Assembly: GCF_058153355.1 (NCBI RefSeq)
Contig: NZ_CM177019.1
DNA: 64,000 bases
Reading direction: 5' to 3' (one strand)
Made by a program: the position numbers and the translations under genes. Each line of letters starts with the position of its first letter. The first letter of the stretch is position 1. Below the pieces are notes generated by a model. It worked only from the letters and a program-made list of their open reading frames with translations, was not told the DNA's origin and made no database searches. Below, piece after piece: positions 25,470 through 37,669 of the stretch.

Positions 25470-27230
25470 TCAGTTAGCGATAAAACGCTTCTCGTCTGTC
25501 AGCACCTGCAATAACAAACTTAACTGTGGTTTTTCATCTTTCACTCTTTCACCACGTAAGTTGTACGTGCGGTATTTACCGTTATTGTTCAGCACTAACG
25601 TCATTTTCGGGGTGGTAATTGCCAGCGTATCGTTATCCGCAGCAGTAACCCAGTAATGACGGCGTTGGGGGTTGAACAAATCCTGACCTTGCGAATATTC
25701 GCTGGCAGGTGTGCTGACATGTAGCAGGCGTTGCATCAGCGTCGTCATCAGATCGGTATGATCGGTCAGCGCATTAATACGCTGCGCCGGCGTGCCTAGC
25801 CAGTGAATCACTAATGGTACCTGCAGATGACCGTGGGACCAGTCAAAGGTTTCTTCCTCTTCGCTCAGCGGAATACCCCGGCCGGCAGTGATAATCACCA
25901 CCGTATTGTCCAGTTTGCCAGAATCACGCAGTGCATTGAGCACGCGGTTGATCTGGTCATCGACATTGCCTGCCGCCCGGCTATATTTCCGTGCAAATGC
26001 CTGCTGATTGCTGTCGTCAATGTTAGTGCCATTGAAAGACACCCACGAGAACCAGCGGTTATCTTCTTGTGCGTAGCGGCCCAGCCAGTTGATCCACTGC
26101 GTGGCGGTCTGCTCGTCGGATTGGGTACGTACGCTCGGCATCGAGAAATCTGACAACAATGCCTGGCGATACAGCGGGCTGGTAAAGCCATCTGACGAGA
26201 ATAACCCCAGCTGATAGCCTTGCTGATTAAGCGCAGTAATTAACGCCGCAGGCGTACGGGTCGACAGAATGCCGTCCATATAGCTTGGCGAGATGCCATA
26301 GAACAGGCCAAAGATGCCGTTGTCTGTAGTGTTGCCGGAGCTCATATGGCGCGTGAACGAAATATTTTGCTCAGCAAAACCTGCCAGCGCAGGCATCTGC
26401 TTCTCGAAGCGTGAGTAGTTCAGGCCATCGACAGTAATCAACAGCACATTCTGCCCGGTGCCCATATCGCGATAGCGCAGTTCGCTTAACGGATACTGAA
26501 CGGAAACGGCGTCTGGATTGCCTTGCTCAATAAGACGGCGTTGATACTCCTGCGCATCAAGCAGACCATGCTTCTCAAGAAAACGTCGCGCCGTCATCGG
26601 GTACGAAAGCGGCAGGTTAGCGCGCTGCATGGTGATCGGGCGATAGAAGTTGGCATCGGCCCAGATATACACCACATGCGATGCAATAAAAGCGATAAAT
26701 AAGAATGCGGCCAGCGGGCGCGCGAAGCGCCGACGACGCGTCAGGCTGCGTAGCTTTTGCCAGCTCCACGTCGCAAACACCAGTTCAAGCAATAAAATAA
26801 CCGGCACGCTAATGAACATCAGCTGCCAGTCGCGCGCCATCTCATTTTCGTCTGGGTTGATAACCAACTGCCAGACGATGGGATTAAGATGGAGATGGAA
26901 ACGAGTAAAGACTTCGCTATCGATCAGTAATAGCGTCATTCCCGCCGTTGCTAAAATGACGGACAAAAACCTCATCAGCCTCTGAGAGCCGACGATAAAG
27001 GTCAGCGGGAAGAGGATCAGCAAGTAGGTGGCAAACACCAGGAAGCTGAAATGGCCGATAATGCTTACGTAGGAATAAATACGACCAGCAAGCGTTGTCG
27101 GCCAGTCGGCGATAAACAGGTAACGGCTGCCAATGACGAGCGAAAGCAGAATATTGAACAGTGCAAACCAGTGCCCCCAACTGACCATCTGGGAGACTTT
27201 TTCACGGTAGCGCTGACGATGAGTTACCAT
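25470..27230 (-). CDS. yejM: Inner membrane protein YejM/PbgA (sulfatase-like periplasmic domain)
   Basis: 586-aa ORF; five N-terminal TM helices plus a C-terminal alkaline-phosphatase-superfamily domain; synteny with yejL-yejK. Confidence 0.9.
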   Translation of the reverse strand: MVTHRQRYREKVSQMVSWGHWFALFNILLSLVIGSRYLFIADWPTTLAGRIYSYVSIIGHFSFLVFATYLLILFPLTFIVGSQRLMRFLSVILATAGMTLLLIDSEVFTRFHLHLNPIVWQLVINPDENEMARDWQLMFISVPVILLLELVFATWSWQKLRSLTRRRRFARPLAAFLFIAFIASHVVYIWADANFYRPITMQRANLPLSYPMTARRFLEKHGLLDAQEYQRRLIEQGNPDAVSVQYPLSELRYRDMGTGQNVLLITVDGLNYSRFEKQMPALAGFAEQNISFTRHMSSGNTTDNGIFGLFYGISPSYMDGILSTRTPAALITALNQQGYQLGLFSSDGFTSPLYRQALLSDFSMPSVRTQSDEQTATQWINWLGRYAQEDNRWFSWVSFNGTNIDDSNQQAFARKYSRAAGNVDDQINRVLNALRDSGKLDNTVVIITAGRGIPLSEEEETFDWSHGHLQVPLVIHWLGTPAQRINALTDHTDLMTTLMQRLLHVSTPASEYSQGQDLFNPQRRHYWVTAADNDTLAITTPKMTLVLNNNGKYRTYNLRGERVKDEKPQLSLLLQVLTDEKRFIAN

Positions 27231-27249
27231 AACCTGTTATCTGTTTCCC

Positions 27250-27477
27250 TTAGTGCGCTTTGTCTTCGTTGATAGAGGACTGTAAGGCGCGGGCAAAAGA
27301 GTTGGCAATTGCCTGGCGTTGGGCCGGGGCAATGCTGGTGTTGATAAGGTTAGTGACCATGTTGCCTAACACCATCAGGGAAAGGTCGGTCGGAGCCTTA
27401 TGTTTTTCCAGTACGTTGAGCAGCTCTGCGAGCAATTGTTCAACCTGTTCATCACTGTAGCGGGAAATTTGTGGCAT
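27250..27477 (-). CDS. yejL: UPF0352 family small protein YejL
   Basis: 75-aa ORF immediately upstream of yejM. Confidence 0.85.
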
Positions 27478-27658
27478 AAATCGAAATCAGTTAGTTGATG
27501 AAAGGGCAACATATTACCGTAGCAACGGTTTTTTTTCTGCTTTTTTATGCGTTAAATCATTCTCGTTACGCCGCCTTCTGTAAAATTACCGCCATCTTTT
27601 ATTGCGTCGCTTAACCGGCGGTGGTTGAATACCGGCCGGTCTTAAAGGAGAGTTTATC

Positions 27659-28666
27659 ATGAGTCTGGATATCAACCAGATTGCTCTGCACCAGCTTATC
27701 AAGCGTGATGAGCAGAACCTTGAGCTGGTGTTGCGCGATTCATTGCTGGAACCGACGGAAACCGTCGTTGAGATGGTGGCAGAACTGCATCGGGTCTATA
27801 GCGCCAAAAATAAAGCTTACGGCTTGTTTAGCGAAGAGAGTGAACTGGCGCAGACGCTGCGCTTACAGCGTCAGGGTGAAGAGGACTTTCTGGCCTTTAG
27901 CCGCGCGGCAACCGGTCGCCTGCGTGACGAATTAGCGAAATATCCTTTTGCTGACGGTGGCTTCGTGCTGTTTTGTCACTACCGTTATTTAGCTGTCGAA
28001 TATCTGCTGGTGGCGGTTCTGAGCAACCTGAGCAGTATGCGCGTTAACGAAAATCTCGACATCAACCCGACCCATTATCTTGATATCAATCATGCGGATA
28101 TTGTTGCGCGTATTGATTTAACCGAATGGGAAACCAATCCAGAGTCGACCCGGTATCTCACTTTCCTGAAAGGGCGAGTCGGGCGCAAAGTAGCCGATTT
28201 CTTCATGGACTTCCTCGGTGCCAGCGAAGGGTTGAACGCGAAAGCGCAAAACCGCGGATTATTGCAGGCGGTTGATGATTTCACTGCCGAAGCACAACTG
28301 GATAAAGCAGAACGGCAGAACGTGCGTCAGCAGGTCTACAGCTACTGTAATGAGCAATTGCAGGCGGGTGAAGAGATCGAGCTTGAATCGCTGTCGAAAG
28401 AGCTGGCGGGCGTCAGCGAAGTGAGCTTCACGGAATTTGCGGCTGAAAAAGGCTACGAACTTGAAGAGAGCTTCCCGGCAGACCGTAGCACGTTGCGTCA
28501 GTTGACGAAGTTTGCCGGTAGCGGTGGTGGCTTGACCATTAACTTTGATGCGATGCTGTTAGGTGAGCGCATTTTCTGGGACCCGGCGACCGATACCCTG
28601 ACCATTAAAGGCACGCCGCCGAACTTGCGCGATCAATTGCAGCGCCGGACGTCTGGCGGCAATTAA
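27659..28666 (+). CDS. yejK: Nucleoid-associated protein NdpA (YejK)
   Basis: 335-aa ORF starting [19 protein letters not shown]...; length and synteny. Confidence 0.9.
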
Positions 28667-28681
28667 TCGGTTTGGTGTTAT

Positions 28682-28716
28682 GAATGCCAGATGCGGAGTG
28701 AACGCCTTATCTGGCC
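28682..28716. repeat. REP palindrome downstream of yejK, immediately 5' of the group II intron
   Basis: gaatgccagatgcggagtgaacgccttatctggcc, an inverted repeat gccagatg...tctggc. Confidence 0.55.
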
Positions 28717-29319
28717 TACAAGTGCGACAAGAAGTCGTCCAACATATTGTTTTGATAAATTATTTATATAAAACCAACTATTCCATTAGTTGTAGCCTAC
28801 TGAGGCAGGCAAAGCTGGTAACGGCTCTGTCTGAAGCCCTTGGGACAATGTAGCTTAGCAAATATTGCTTCAGTTAATCGTGAGAAAACCTGATCGCTAC
28901 AAGCATCATGCGGCGAGAGCGCTAGGCTGGGCGGTATGGTTAACATAGTGAACTGTCGTTAAACGTCGTAACAGAGAACGAGCCAAAGATGCTGATAGGC
29001 TTGCACCAAAAGGTAAGGGGTAAGGCTATTCCTGTTCGTAGTGGGAATACATGGACAATAACTCCCCCGGCGGATAGACAGAACCTAACCCGTTCTTTGT
29101 ATGTTGGTCGGAACTTGGTAAGCCCGAATTCTCGCCCTAGTGGCAGGGGCACCGTAAGGCAAACTGATGAGAATGCGGGTAAAGGAGGATGGAAAAAGCG
29201 AAAGCCGGACTGTAATCGTGCGGATAGAGGTTCAATATTTGCCTTAACGGGAAACCGTGCTGACTTCCATCTGGTCTTTAATTGCGAAACATCTGCGAAG
29301 GTTTCTTTGGATGACATGT

Positions 29320-30999
29320 ATGAAAATTACATCTAACAATGTAACTGCGGTCATCAACGGAAAAGGTTGGCATTCCATTAACTGGAAGAAATGCCATCAA
29401 CACGTTAAAACCATACAGACAAGAATCGCAAAGGCGGCATGTAACCAGCAATGGCGTACAGTCGGTAGATTGCAACGATTGCTGGTTCGCTCATTCAGCG
29501 CCAGAGCACTGGCGGTGAAACGAGTTACGGAAAATAGCGGGCGTAAAACCCCCGGAGTTGATGGTCAAATCTGGAGTACTCCAGAATCAAAATGGGAAGC
29601 GATATTCAAACTCAGGCGAAAAGGGTACAAGCCCCTACCGCTAAAAAGAGTTTTTATACCCAAATCTAATGGCAAGAAAAGACCATTAGGAATCCCCGTC
29701 ATGCTTGACAGGGCAATGCAGGCCCTGCATCTGCTGGGATTGGAGCCTGTATCGGAAACTAATGCAGATCACAACAGTTATGGTTTCAGACCAGCGCGAT
29801 GTACGGCTGACGCCATTCAACAGGTATGTAATATGTATAGTTCCCGGAACGCCTCGAAATGGGTTCTGGAAGGCGATATTAAAGGATGCTTTGAACACAT
29901 TAGCCACGAGTGGCTGCTTGAAAATATTCCTATGGACAAGCAAATACTCCGTAATTGGTTGAAAGCCGGGATCATCGAAAAAAGCATATTCAGCAAAACT
30001 CTCTCGGGTACACCCCAGGGAGGAATCATATCTCCAGTTCTGGCAAACATGGCCCTGGATGGACTGGAAAGACTGCTGCAAAATCGCTTTGGTCCGAAAC
30101 GCTCAAAAACATTCAGGAAACATCAGGTTCACTTCGTCCGGTATGCTGATGATTTCATCATTTCCGGAAAGTCGAAAGAACTTCTGGAGGAGAATGTTCT
30201 TCCGTTGGTGAAATCATTTCTTGCAGAAAGAGGGCTGACGTTATCCGAAGAGAAAACGGTCATCACTCACATTACTGACGGATTTGATTTCCTTGGGCAG
30301 CACGTCCGACGCTTCGGTAGAAAACTCATAATCAGACCAGCCAAGAAAAACGTTAAACAATTTCTTAGCAAGATCAGAGAGACTATTGAAGGTAACCGAA
30401 CGGTTCCTGCATGGGTGCTAATAAATCTGCTTAATCCAATCATCACCGGGTGGGCAAACTATCACCAACATGTAGCATCGGCAGAGACATTTAACTATGT
30501 CGACAACCAAATCTGGCGCAAAATCTGGCAGTGGTGCAGAAGGAGACATCCCGGCAAAGGCCGGAGATGGATCTTCCGAAAGTACCACACGACAATAAAA
30601 ATGTGTCATGGTCGATTTTATGGAGTCGATCCGGAGGGTAGGAAATATGTTCTGTCCCGGGCCAGCGACATCCATATTAATCGCTATATAAAAATAAAGG
30701 GAACGGCAAATCCATATGATCCCGAGTGGGAAACATACTTCGAAAGAAGGCTGGACTACTCATGGAAGAAATCCCAACAGGGGCAGAAAAGGATTCTCGC
30801 TATATGGAAAAGGCAAGGATCGCGCTGCCCTTTATGTGAGCAACCGATTAATCGCGATACAGGATGGAATGTTCATCATTTGCTCAAGAAATCTCTTGGC
30901 GGTAGCGATGATGTGAGCAATTTAGTCCTACTCCATCCCAACTGCCATCGACAACTACATAGTAATGACGCTGGTCTCCCACAAGGTGGAGGCTTATAA
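29320..30999 (+). CDS. Group II intron-encoded protein: reverse transcriptase / maturase / HNH endonuclease
   Basis: RT motifs (KKRPLGIPVMLDRAMQ, FVRYADDFIISG), a maturase X region, and a C-terminal HNH (CPLCEQPI...WNVHHLLKKSLGGSDDVSNLVLLHPNCHRQLH). Start codon uncertain: ATG at 29257, 29311 or 29320. Confidence 0.88.
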   Translation: MKITSNNVTAVINGKGWHSINWKKCHQHVKTIQTRIAKAACNQQWRTVGRLQRLLVRSFSARALAVKRVTENSGRKTPGVDGQIWSTPESKWEAIFKLRRKGYKPLPLKRVFIPKSNGKKRPLGIPVMLDRAMQALHLLGLEPVSETNADHNSYGFRPARCTADAIQQVCNMYSSRNASKWVLEGDIKGCFEHISHEWLLENIPMDKQILRNWLKAGIIEKSIFSKTLSGTPQGGIISPVLANMALDGLERLLQNRFGPKRSKTFRKHQVHFVRYADDFIISGKSKELLEENVLPLVKSFLAERGLTLSEEKTVITHITDGFDFLGQHVRRFGRKLIIRPAKKNVKQFLSKIRETIEGNRTVPAWVLINLLNPIITGWANYHQHVASAETFNYVDNQIWRKIWQWCRRRHPGKGRRWIFRKYHTTIKMCHGRFYGVDPEGRKYVLSRASDIHINRYIKIKGTANPYDPEWETYFERRLDYSWKKSQQGQKRILAIWKRQGSRCPLCEQPINRDTGWNVHHLLKKSLGGSDDVSNLVLLHPNCHRQLHSNDAGLPQGGGL

Positions 31000-31005
31000 A
31001 GGCTT

Positions 31006-31039
31006 GAGCGGTATGCGGGGAAACTCGCACGTACCGTTC
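31006..31039 (+). ncRNA. Group II intron domain V (catalytic hairpin)
   Basis: GAGCGGTATGCGGGGAAACTCGCACGTACCGTTC: a 34-nt hairpin with the AGC triad, 2-nt bulge and GAAA tetraloop typical of domain V, directly after the intron ORF stop. Confidence 0.75.
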
Positions 31040-31118
31040 TTAGGGGGCGGCGAGACAGTAATGAATCGCTGCTACCCGACAAAATAGCAATACCGTAATC
31101 AGGCATAATTTGCAGATA

Positions 31119-31149
31119 CAAAAAACCCCGCCGGAGCGGGGTTTTTTTT
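31119..31149. terminator. Bidirectional intrinsic terminator (rplY 3' end)
   Basis: aaaaaa-ccccgc-cgga-gcgggg-tttttttt: a perfect GC stem flanked by A and T runs, 17 bp downstream of the rplY stop. Confidence 0.7.
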
Positions 31150-31165
31150 ACAACTTATTCAGCGA

Positions 31166-31558
<393 letters not shown>

Positions 31559-31574
31559 TCAATTAAAACTACCA

Positions 31575-33335
31575 TTAACCGCGTAATTCGTGCGCCCGAC
31601 GAAAACGACCTTCGTAATCAAACACTTTTTCACGCACTTGCCAGTACTGGCCTTTCATTCGTGCGACGACGAAATCCGGATGGCGCAGCAACGCTTGTTG
31701 GGCGAGGATATCGGCAGCGGTGATCCAGCGCAGAGGGATGCCCGGTGTGCGCGTATGCGGGCGGATAAAAAGCTGCTCGAAGGCGGTACGCTGGGCAGGT
31801 GTTTGCAGACGGAAACGCTCACTCACATCCGCGCCGTCTTCATCGTAATAGGTGATTTTCAACCATTCGCCTTTCTCGTCGTGCCCATGTTGCAAAGACA
31901 TGCCGCTACAGCGTAATACCAGCGCGTCTTTCAGTCGTAGCGCCGCTTTTAACATGTCGTCTGGATCAACCAGTATGGTGTCACATTCGCGGCAGCGGCG
32001 GGCGGCAATATCATTTTCTGCGTTACATTGCGGGCAATTTTTAAAACGGAAACGGAAGTCACACTGTTCTCGATGACCGTCGTCATCATCAAACCATCCC
32101 TGACAACGACGACCAAAGTGTTCAATCAATGTCCCGTCAGCGGTCGTTTTCCCCCAAAAGGTGTTGGCAAAACCGCAGGCAGGGCAGAAAACCTGTACCG
32201 GAACGTTGTCACTTTTGCCTTTCGGTGTACCGACCTCCGGCGCGTAGAGATCGTGAGGATTACCCGCATAATCAAGAATTAAGCAATCAGTCTTGCCTGG
32301 AGCCAGACGCAGACCGCGCCCGACAATTTGTTGGTAAAGACTCACCGATTCGGTAGGGCGCAGAATAGCAATAAGATCGACGTGCGGGGCGTCAAATCCG
32401 GTGGTCAGTACCGCGACGTTGACCAGATAGCGAAAACGCTGGGCTTTAAAATCTTCAATTAATACATCGCGTTCAGCGCCTGGCGTGTCGCCGGTAATAA
32501 GTGCTGCATCCTCAGCGGGCAGCAAGCCGACAATCTCTTTTGCGTGTTCGACTGTCGCAGCGAAAATCATCACCCCTTTGCGCGTTGCGGCGAACTCCAT
32601 AATCTGGCTGATGATGTGCGGGGTAATACGTTGCTGTTTTTTCAGCTCGCGGTTGAGATCGGCTTCGCTGAACAGCCCGTTACTCTGTGCCTGCAATCGG
32701 CTGAAATCGTATTGCACTACTGGCATATCCAGTCGTTCTGGCGGCGTCAGATAGCCGTGTTTAATCATATAACGCAGCGGCAGCTCATAAATACAGTCGC
32801 GGAAAAGGGCTTTCTCATCGCCGCGTACCATGCCGTGATAATGAAACTGATAAATCCAGCCTTTGCCCAACCGAAAAGGCGTGGCAGTCAGCCCTAACAG
32901 GCGTAAGCGGGGATTCACTTTTGTCAGGTGAGTGAGGATTTGCTGATACTGGCTCTCTTCATCGTCACCAATACGATGGCATTCATCGACAATCAACAGT
33001 GAAAATTCACCCTGAAAGGCATCAAGGTTACGGGCGACCGATTGCACGCTGCCAAATACTACTTTACCGTGGCTCTCTTTACGCTTCAGCCCGGCGGCAA
33101 AAATATCGGCTTCCAGCCCCAGCGCCTGATATTTTGCATGGTTTTGCGCCACCAGCTCTTTAACGTGTGCCAGTACCAGAACACGACCACGCGCCAGCCG
33201 CGCCAGTTCCGCTATCACCAGGCTTTTACCTGCACCGGTGGGCAGCACGATAACGGCAGGGGTTTTATGACGACGAAAATGGTTGAGCGTGGCATCCACG
33301 GCTTCTTGCTGATATGGACGGAGTGTAAAAATCAT
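31575..33335 (-). CDS. radD: ATP-dependent DNA repair helicase RadD (YejH), superfamily 2
   Basis: 586-aa ORF; Walker A (PTGAGKS), DECH box, C-terminal zinc-finger-like Cys pairs (CPACG, CPQCN...CREC). Confidence 0.9.
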   Translation of the reverse strand: MIFTLRPYQQEAVDATLNHFRRHKTPAVIVLPTGAGKSLVIAELARLARGRVLVLAHVKELVAQNHAKYQALGLEADIFAAGLKRKESHGKVVFGSVQSVARNLDAFQGEFSLLIVDECHRIGDDEESQYQQILTHLTKVNPRLRLLGLTATPFRLGKGWIYQFHYHGMVRGDEKALFRDCIYELPLRYMIKHGYLTPPERLDMPVVQYDFSRLQAQSNGLFSEADLNRELKKQQRITPHIISQIMEFAATRKGVMIFAATVEHAKEIVGLLPAEDAALITGDTPGAERDVLIEDFKAQRFRYLVNVAVLTTGFDAPHVDLIAILRPTESVSLYQQIVGRGLRLAPGKTDCLILDYAGNPHDLYAPEVGTPKGKSDNVPVQVFCPACGFANTFWGKTTADGTLIEHFGRRCQGWFDDDDGHREQCDFRFRFKNCPQCNAENDIAARRCRECDTILVDPDDMLKAALRLKDALVLRCSGMSLQHGHDEKGEWLKITYYDEDGADVSERFRLQTPAQRTAFEQLFIRPHTRTPGIPLRWITAADILAQQALLRHPDFVVARMKGQYWQVREKVFDYEGRFRRAHELRG

Positions 33336-33484
33336 GGTCTCGCGTAGGTAGATTATTCTGCTAATAGTATGCCACGGTTCTTTTTCCCTTGAGGGAAGTT
33401 ATTAGACCGCTATACTGGGCAGACAACAGTTCAGATTTTCGGGTCATTACCCGACCTCCGTTTTTTACAGGCAAAATCACACAC

Positions 33485-34180
33485 ATGCGACTTGATAAAT
33501 TTATCGCACAGCAACTCGGCGTTAGCCGTGCTATTGCCGGGCGTGAAATCCGCGGCAATCGTGTCACCGTCGATGGCGAAATCGTCCGTAATGCAGCGTT
33601 CAAACTGCTCCCTGAACATGATGTCGCTTACGATGGCAACCCGCTGGCGCAGCAACACGGTCCACGTTACTTCATGCTCAATAAGCCTCAGGGCTATGTT
33701 TGCTCCACGGACGACCCGGATCACCCAACGGTGCTCTATTTTCTGGATGAACCGGTAGCGTGGAAACTGCACGCCGCAGGGCGTCTGGATATCGATACCA
33801 CCGGTCTGGTGCTGATGACTGATGATGGTCAGTGGTCGCACCGCATTACTTCTCCGCGCCATCATTGCGAGAAGACCTATCTGGTGACACTGGAATCACC
33901 CGTAGCTGACGATACGGCAGAGCAATTTGCTAAAGGCGTGCAGTTGCATAATGAAAAAGATCTCACTAAGCCTGCGGTATTGGAAGTGATCACCCCAACG
34001 CAGGTTCGTCTGACCATCAGCGAAGGGCGTTATCATCAGGTGAAACGCATGTTCGCCGCCGTGGGTAACCACGTGGTTGAGTTGCACCGAGAACGTATTG
34101 GCGGCATTACGTTGGATGCTGATTTAGCACCCGGTGAATATCGTCCATTAACTGAAGAAGAAGTTGCCAGCGTCGTCTAA
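33485..34180 (+). CDS. rsuA: 16S rRNA pseudouridine(516) synthase RsuA
   Basis: 231-aa product from ATG at 33485 ([15 protein letters not shown]...); S4 domain plus pseudouridine synthase core. Confidence 0.9.
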   Translation: MRLDKFIAQQLGVSRAIAGREIRGNRVTVDGEIVRNAAFKLLPEHDVAYDGNPLAQQHGPRYFMLNKPQGYVCSTDDPDHPTVLYFLDEPVAWKLHAAGRLDIDTTGLVLMTDDGQWSHRITSPRHHCEKTYLVTLESPVADDTAEQFAKGVQLHNEKDLTKPAVLEVITPTQVRLTISEGRYHQVKRMFAAVGNHVVELHRERIGGITLDADLAPGEYRPLTEEEVASVV

Positions 34181-34207
34181 CACTTTTATGACTTTCAGGA
34201 GCCCGTT

Positions 34208-35398
34208 GTGACCACCCGACAGCATTCGTCGTTTGCTATTGTTTTTATCCTTGGCCTGCTGGCCATGTTGATGCCGCTGTCGATTGATATGTATCTGCCC
34301 GCGCTACCGGTAATTTCAGCGCAATTTGGCGTACCTGCGGGCAGTACGCAGATGACCCTCAGTACTTATATTCTGGGCTTTGCGTTGGGGCAGTTAATCT
34401 ACGGGCCGATGGCAGACAGTTTCGGGCGTAAGCCGGTGGTTCTTGGCGGTACGCTGGTGTTTGCCGCCGCCGCGGTGGCGTGTGCGTTGGCACAAACCAT
34501 CGATCAGCTGATTGTGATGCGTTTCTTCCACGGTCTGGCTGCGGCTGCGGCCAGCGTGGTTATCAACGCTTTAATGCGTGATATCTACCCGAAGGAAGAG
34601 TTCTCACGGATGATGTCGTTTGTCATGCTGGTGACGACCATTGCACCGCTGATGGCACCGATAGTTGGCGGCTGGGTGCTGGTGTGGCTGAGCTGGCATT
34701 ACATCTTCTGGATCCTCGCCGTAGCGGCGATTCTGGCTTCGGCAATGATCTTCTTTCTGATCAAAGAAACCTTACCACCGGAGCGTCGCCAGCCTTTTCA
34801 CATTCGTACCACTATTGGTAACTTTGCGGCGCTGTTTCGTCATAAGCGTGTCCTGAGTTATATGCTGGCCAGCGGTTTCAGCTTTGCCGGAATGTTCTCG
34901 TTCCTGAGCGCCGGACCGTTTGTCTACATTGAAATTAACCACGTCGCGCCGGAAAACTTTGGTTATTACTTTGCGCTAAACATTGTTTTCCTGTTCGTGA
35001 TGACCATCTTTAACAGTCGCTTCGTCCGCCGTATTGGCGCGTTAAATATGTTCCGCTCGGGGTTGTGGATACAGTTTATTATGGCGGCGTGGATGGTCAT
35101 CAGTGCGCTGCTGGGGCTGGGATTCTGGTCGCTGGTAGTTGGCGTTGCGGCGTTTGTGGGCTGCGTGTCGATGGTGTCATCTAATGCGATGGCGGTCATT
35201 CTTGATGAGTTTCCCCACATGGCGGGAACGGCATCTTCGCTGGCAGGCACCTTCCGTTTTGGTATAGGGGCAATTGTTGGCGCATTGCTTTCTCTTGCGA
35301 CCTTTAACTCTGCATGGCCGATGATTTGGTCAATTGCATTCTGCGCAACCAGCTCCATTCTCTTCTGTCTGTACGCCAGTCGGCCGAAAAAACGGTGA
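34208..35398 (+). CDS. bcr: MFS efflux transporter Bcr (bicyclomycin/multidrug resistance)
   Basis: 396-aa, 12-TM MFS ORF with a GTG start; synteny. Confidence 0.9.
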   Translation: MTTRQHSSFAIVFILGLLAMLMPLSIDMYLPALPVISAQFGVPAGSTQMTLSTYILGFALGQLIYGPMADSFGRKPVVLGGTLVFAAAAVACALAQTIDQLIVMRFFHGLAAAAASVVINALMRDIYPKEEFSRMMSFVMLVTTIAPLMAPIVGGWVLVWLSWHYIFWILAVAAILASAMIFFLIKETLPPERRQPFHIRTTIGNFAALFRHKRVLSYMLASGFSFAGMFSFLSAGPFVYIEINHVAPENFGYYFALNIVFLFVMTIFNSRFVRRIGALNMFRSGLWIQFIMAAWMVISALLGLGFWSLVVGVAAFVGCVSMVSSNAMAVILDEFPHMAGTASSLAGTFRFGIGAIVGALLSLATFNSAWPMIWSIAFCATSSILFCLYASRPKKR

Positions 35399-35730
35399 TC
35401 TATTGCACAACGAGGAAGCTAAAAGGCTTCCTTTGTTGATGCATGTCAACCACAAATCCATCATTCCCCCGATATATGTTTATTTTATGTAAAATCAATT
35501 TATGTAAAAAGTCACATCATTGTAGTTAAAAAGGTTGAGTTAGATCGCAGAAACGGGTACATATAGCCCCGCAAACGTGACCACGCCCGCAGATATTATT
35601 TAAATCAGAGCCATAGAGGCCACGCTGGCGAGGCATCAATCTTTACGATCTGTATAAAGACGGATTGTTGATGATGTGTTAAAATTGATGTAAACAAATT
35701 GTGAAGTAAATGTGCTTCCGGGGAAAATAA

Positions 35731-36075
35731 GTGACTTCATTACAACTCTCAATCGTCCATCGACTGCCGCAGAACTATCGCTGGTCTGCTGGTTTCGCAG
35801 GTTCGAAGGTTGAACCGATTCCGCAAAATGGACCGTGCGGTGACAACAGCCTGGTGGCGCTTAAATTGCTTAGCCCGGATGGTGATAATGCATGGTCGGT
35901 GATGTACAAACTAAGCCAGGCGTTAAGCGACATCGAAGTTCCATGCTCGGTACTGGAGTGTGAAGGTGAGCCGTGCCTGTTTGTAAATCGCCAGGACGAG
36001 TTTGCTGCAACATGCCGATTGAAAAATTTTGGTGTGGCAATTGCCGAACCCTTCTCAAACTACAATCCTTTTTAA
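35731..36075 (+). CDS. yejG: Uncharacterized protein YejG
   Basis: 114-aa ORF preceded by a long AT-rich intergenic region; synteny. Confidence 0.8.
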
Positions 36076-36078
36076 GCG

Positions 36079-37668
36079 TCAGCTCAACGCCAGTAGCTGA
36101 CGCGTATACTCCTGCTGCGGTGCGGCAAACACGCGCGCGCACGGTCCTTGTTCCACTACTTCCCCTTGTCGCAGTACGATAACCTGATGACATAACGCGC
36201 GGACAACGTGCAAATCGTGACTGATAAACAAATAGGCCAATTGATGCTTTTGTTGCAATGATTTCAATAGCGTCAATATTTGCGCCTGTACCGTTTTGTC
36301 GAGCGATGATGTTGGTTCATCAAGAATGATCAGCGAGGGCTTAAGAATTAACGCCCTGGCAATCGCAATACGTTGCCGCTGACCACCAGAGAACTCCGCC
36401 GGATAACGGTGGCGTGTTTCAGGATCTAATCCCACTTCATGCATCACGGCTATCACTTGTTGTTCGCGTTGCACGGCAGAAAGCATCGGCTGGTGAACCC
36501 GTAAACCTTCCTCGATAATTTGCAAAACGTTGAGTCGTGGGTTGAGCGAGGAGTTAGGATCCTGAAATACCACCTGAATGCGATGGCGAATAGGTAATAG
36601 CTGACGGCGGTTTAAATTTTGCAATGGCTGACCGTCAAAAACGATGCTGCCCTGAGAGTTAATCAGTCGCAGCAGCGCCAGTCCCGTCGTGCTTTTCCCG
36701 GAACCGGACTCGCCCACTAAACCCAGTGTTTCACCCGCCCGTAGCGTAAAACTGATGTTTTTCACCACCACATTATGATCCACAATGCGCTTCAAAATCC
36801 CTTTGCGAATGGGGAAGGCAACCTGAAGCTGTTCAACATCTAGCAACGTTGAGGCAGGTTCTGGCAATGGGACCGGGTCGCCTGATGGTTCACTGTTGAG
36901 TAGCTTTTGTGTGTAGGGATGAGTGGGTGAGGCAAATAGCGTAGCAGCGTTATTTTGCTCGACACAGCGACCGTTTTGCATTACCGCCACGCGGTGAGCC
37001 AGTTTTCTGACAATACTGAGGTTATGAGTAATAAACAGCATGCCCATATTCAGCTCGCCTTGCAGTTCGCGCAACAGCTGTAAAATCTGCGCCTGGACAG
37101 AGACGTCCAGCGCGGTGGTCGGTTCATCGGCAATTAATAATTCCGGTCGCGTTAACAGCGCCATCGCAATCATCACCCGCTGGCGTTCGCCGCCGGAGAG
37201 CTGATGCGGATAATCTGTCAGCCGTTTTGCCGCCTGGCGGATACCGACGCGATCAAGGCAGTTAAGAATTTCGCCACGAGCCGCTTCCCGACGCATCCCG
37301 CGGTGGAGTGAAAGCACTTCATAAAGCTGTTTTTCCAGGGTATGCAATGGATTTAACGACACCATCGGTTCCTGAAAAATCATGGCAATCTTATTACCGC
37401 GTACACCGCGTAACGTTTGATCGCTGGCATGAAGCAGCGATTCGCCATGAAAACGAATATCGCCGGAGAGATATTCAACCGGCGGGGAAGGGAGCAGGCG
37501 TAAAATTGACAGCGCGGTAACGCTCTTACCTGAACCAGACTCACCCACCAGCGCCAGCGTTTCGCCAGCCTCAATCTGTAGTGAAACATCATTGACTACT
37601 GTGCGTACGGTTTGCTGATGGCGAAAACCCACCGACAAATTTTCAATCGCTAACAGAGTTTGCGTCAT
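36079..37668 (-). CDS. yejF: ABC transporter ATP-binding protein YejF (peptide/microcin C uptake; duplicated ATPase)
   Basis: 529-aa product from internal ATG ([11 protein letters not shown]...); two Walker A motifs (GESGSGKS twice) and two ABC signatures. Confidence 0.9.
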   Translation of the reverse strand: MTQTLLAIENLSVGFRHQQTVRTVVNDVSLQIEAGETLALVGESGSGKSVTALSILRLLPSPPVEYLSGDIRFHGESLLHASDQTLRGVRGNKIAMIFQEPMVSLNPLHTLEKQLYEVLSLHRGMRREAARGEILNCLDRVGIRQAAKRLTDYPHQLSGGERQRVMIAMALLTRPELLIADEPTTALDVSVQAQILQLLRELQGELNMGMLFITHNLSIVRKLAHRVAVMQNGRCVEQNNAATLFASPTHPYTQKLLNSEPSGDPVPLPEPASTLLDVEQLQVAFPIRKGILKRIVDHNVVVKNISFTLRAGETLGLVGESGSGKSTTGLALLRLINSQGSIVFDGQPLQNLNRRQLLPIRHRIQVVFQDPNSSLNPRLNVLQIIEEGLRVHQPMLSAVQREQQVIAVMHEVGLDPETRHRYPAEFSGGQRQRIAIARALILKPSLIILDEPTSSLDKTVQAQILTLLKSLQQKHQLAYLFISHDLHVVRALCHQVIVLRQGEVVEQGPCARVFAAPQQEYTRQLLALS

Positions 37669-37669
37669 G

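Larger units (their letters stand above)
28722..31080 (+). mobile_element. Group II intron (bacterial, ORF-containing) in the yejK-rplY intergenic region
   Basis: Begins with the GUGYG-type 5' end GTGCGACAAG at 28722; a 559-580-aa RT-maturase-HNH ORF sits in the presumed domain IV; canonical domain V at 31006-31039; a domain-VI-like hairpin with bulged A ends ...CGAC (AY) near 31080. Boundaries are approximate, about +/-10 nt. Confidence 0.75.

Noticed and set aside
25216-25470. Integrase-bearing genomic island or prophage at tRNA-Pro
   Set aside because: The tRNA is flanked directly by yejO and yejM with no integrase, no direct repeat of the tRNA 3' end, and no phage genes; only the yejO gene itself looks islet-like.
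29257-30999. Retron, diversity-generating retroelement or Abi-type reverse transcriptase as the identity of the RT ORF
   Set aside because: The ORF has maturase and HNH domains and is followed immediately by a canonical group II intron domain V and a domain-VI-like hairpin; there is no msr/msd-like repeat pair and no template/variable repeat pair.
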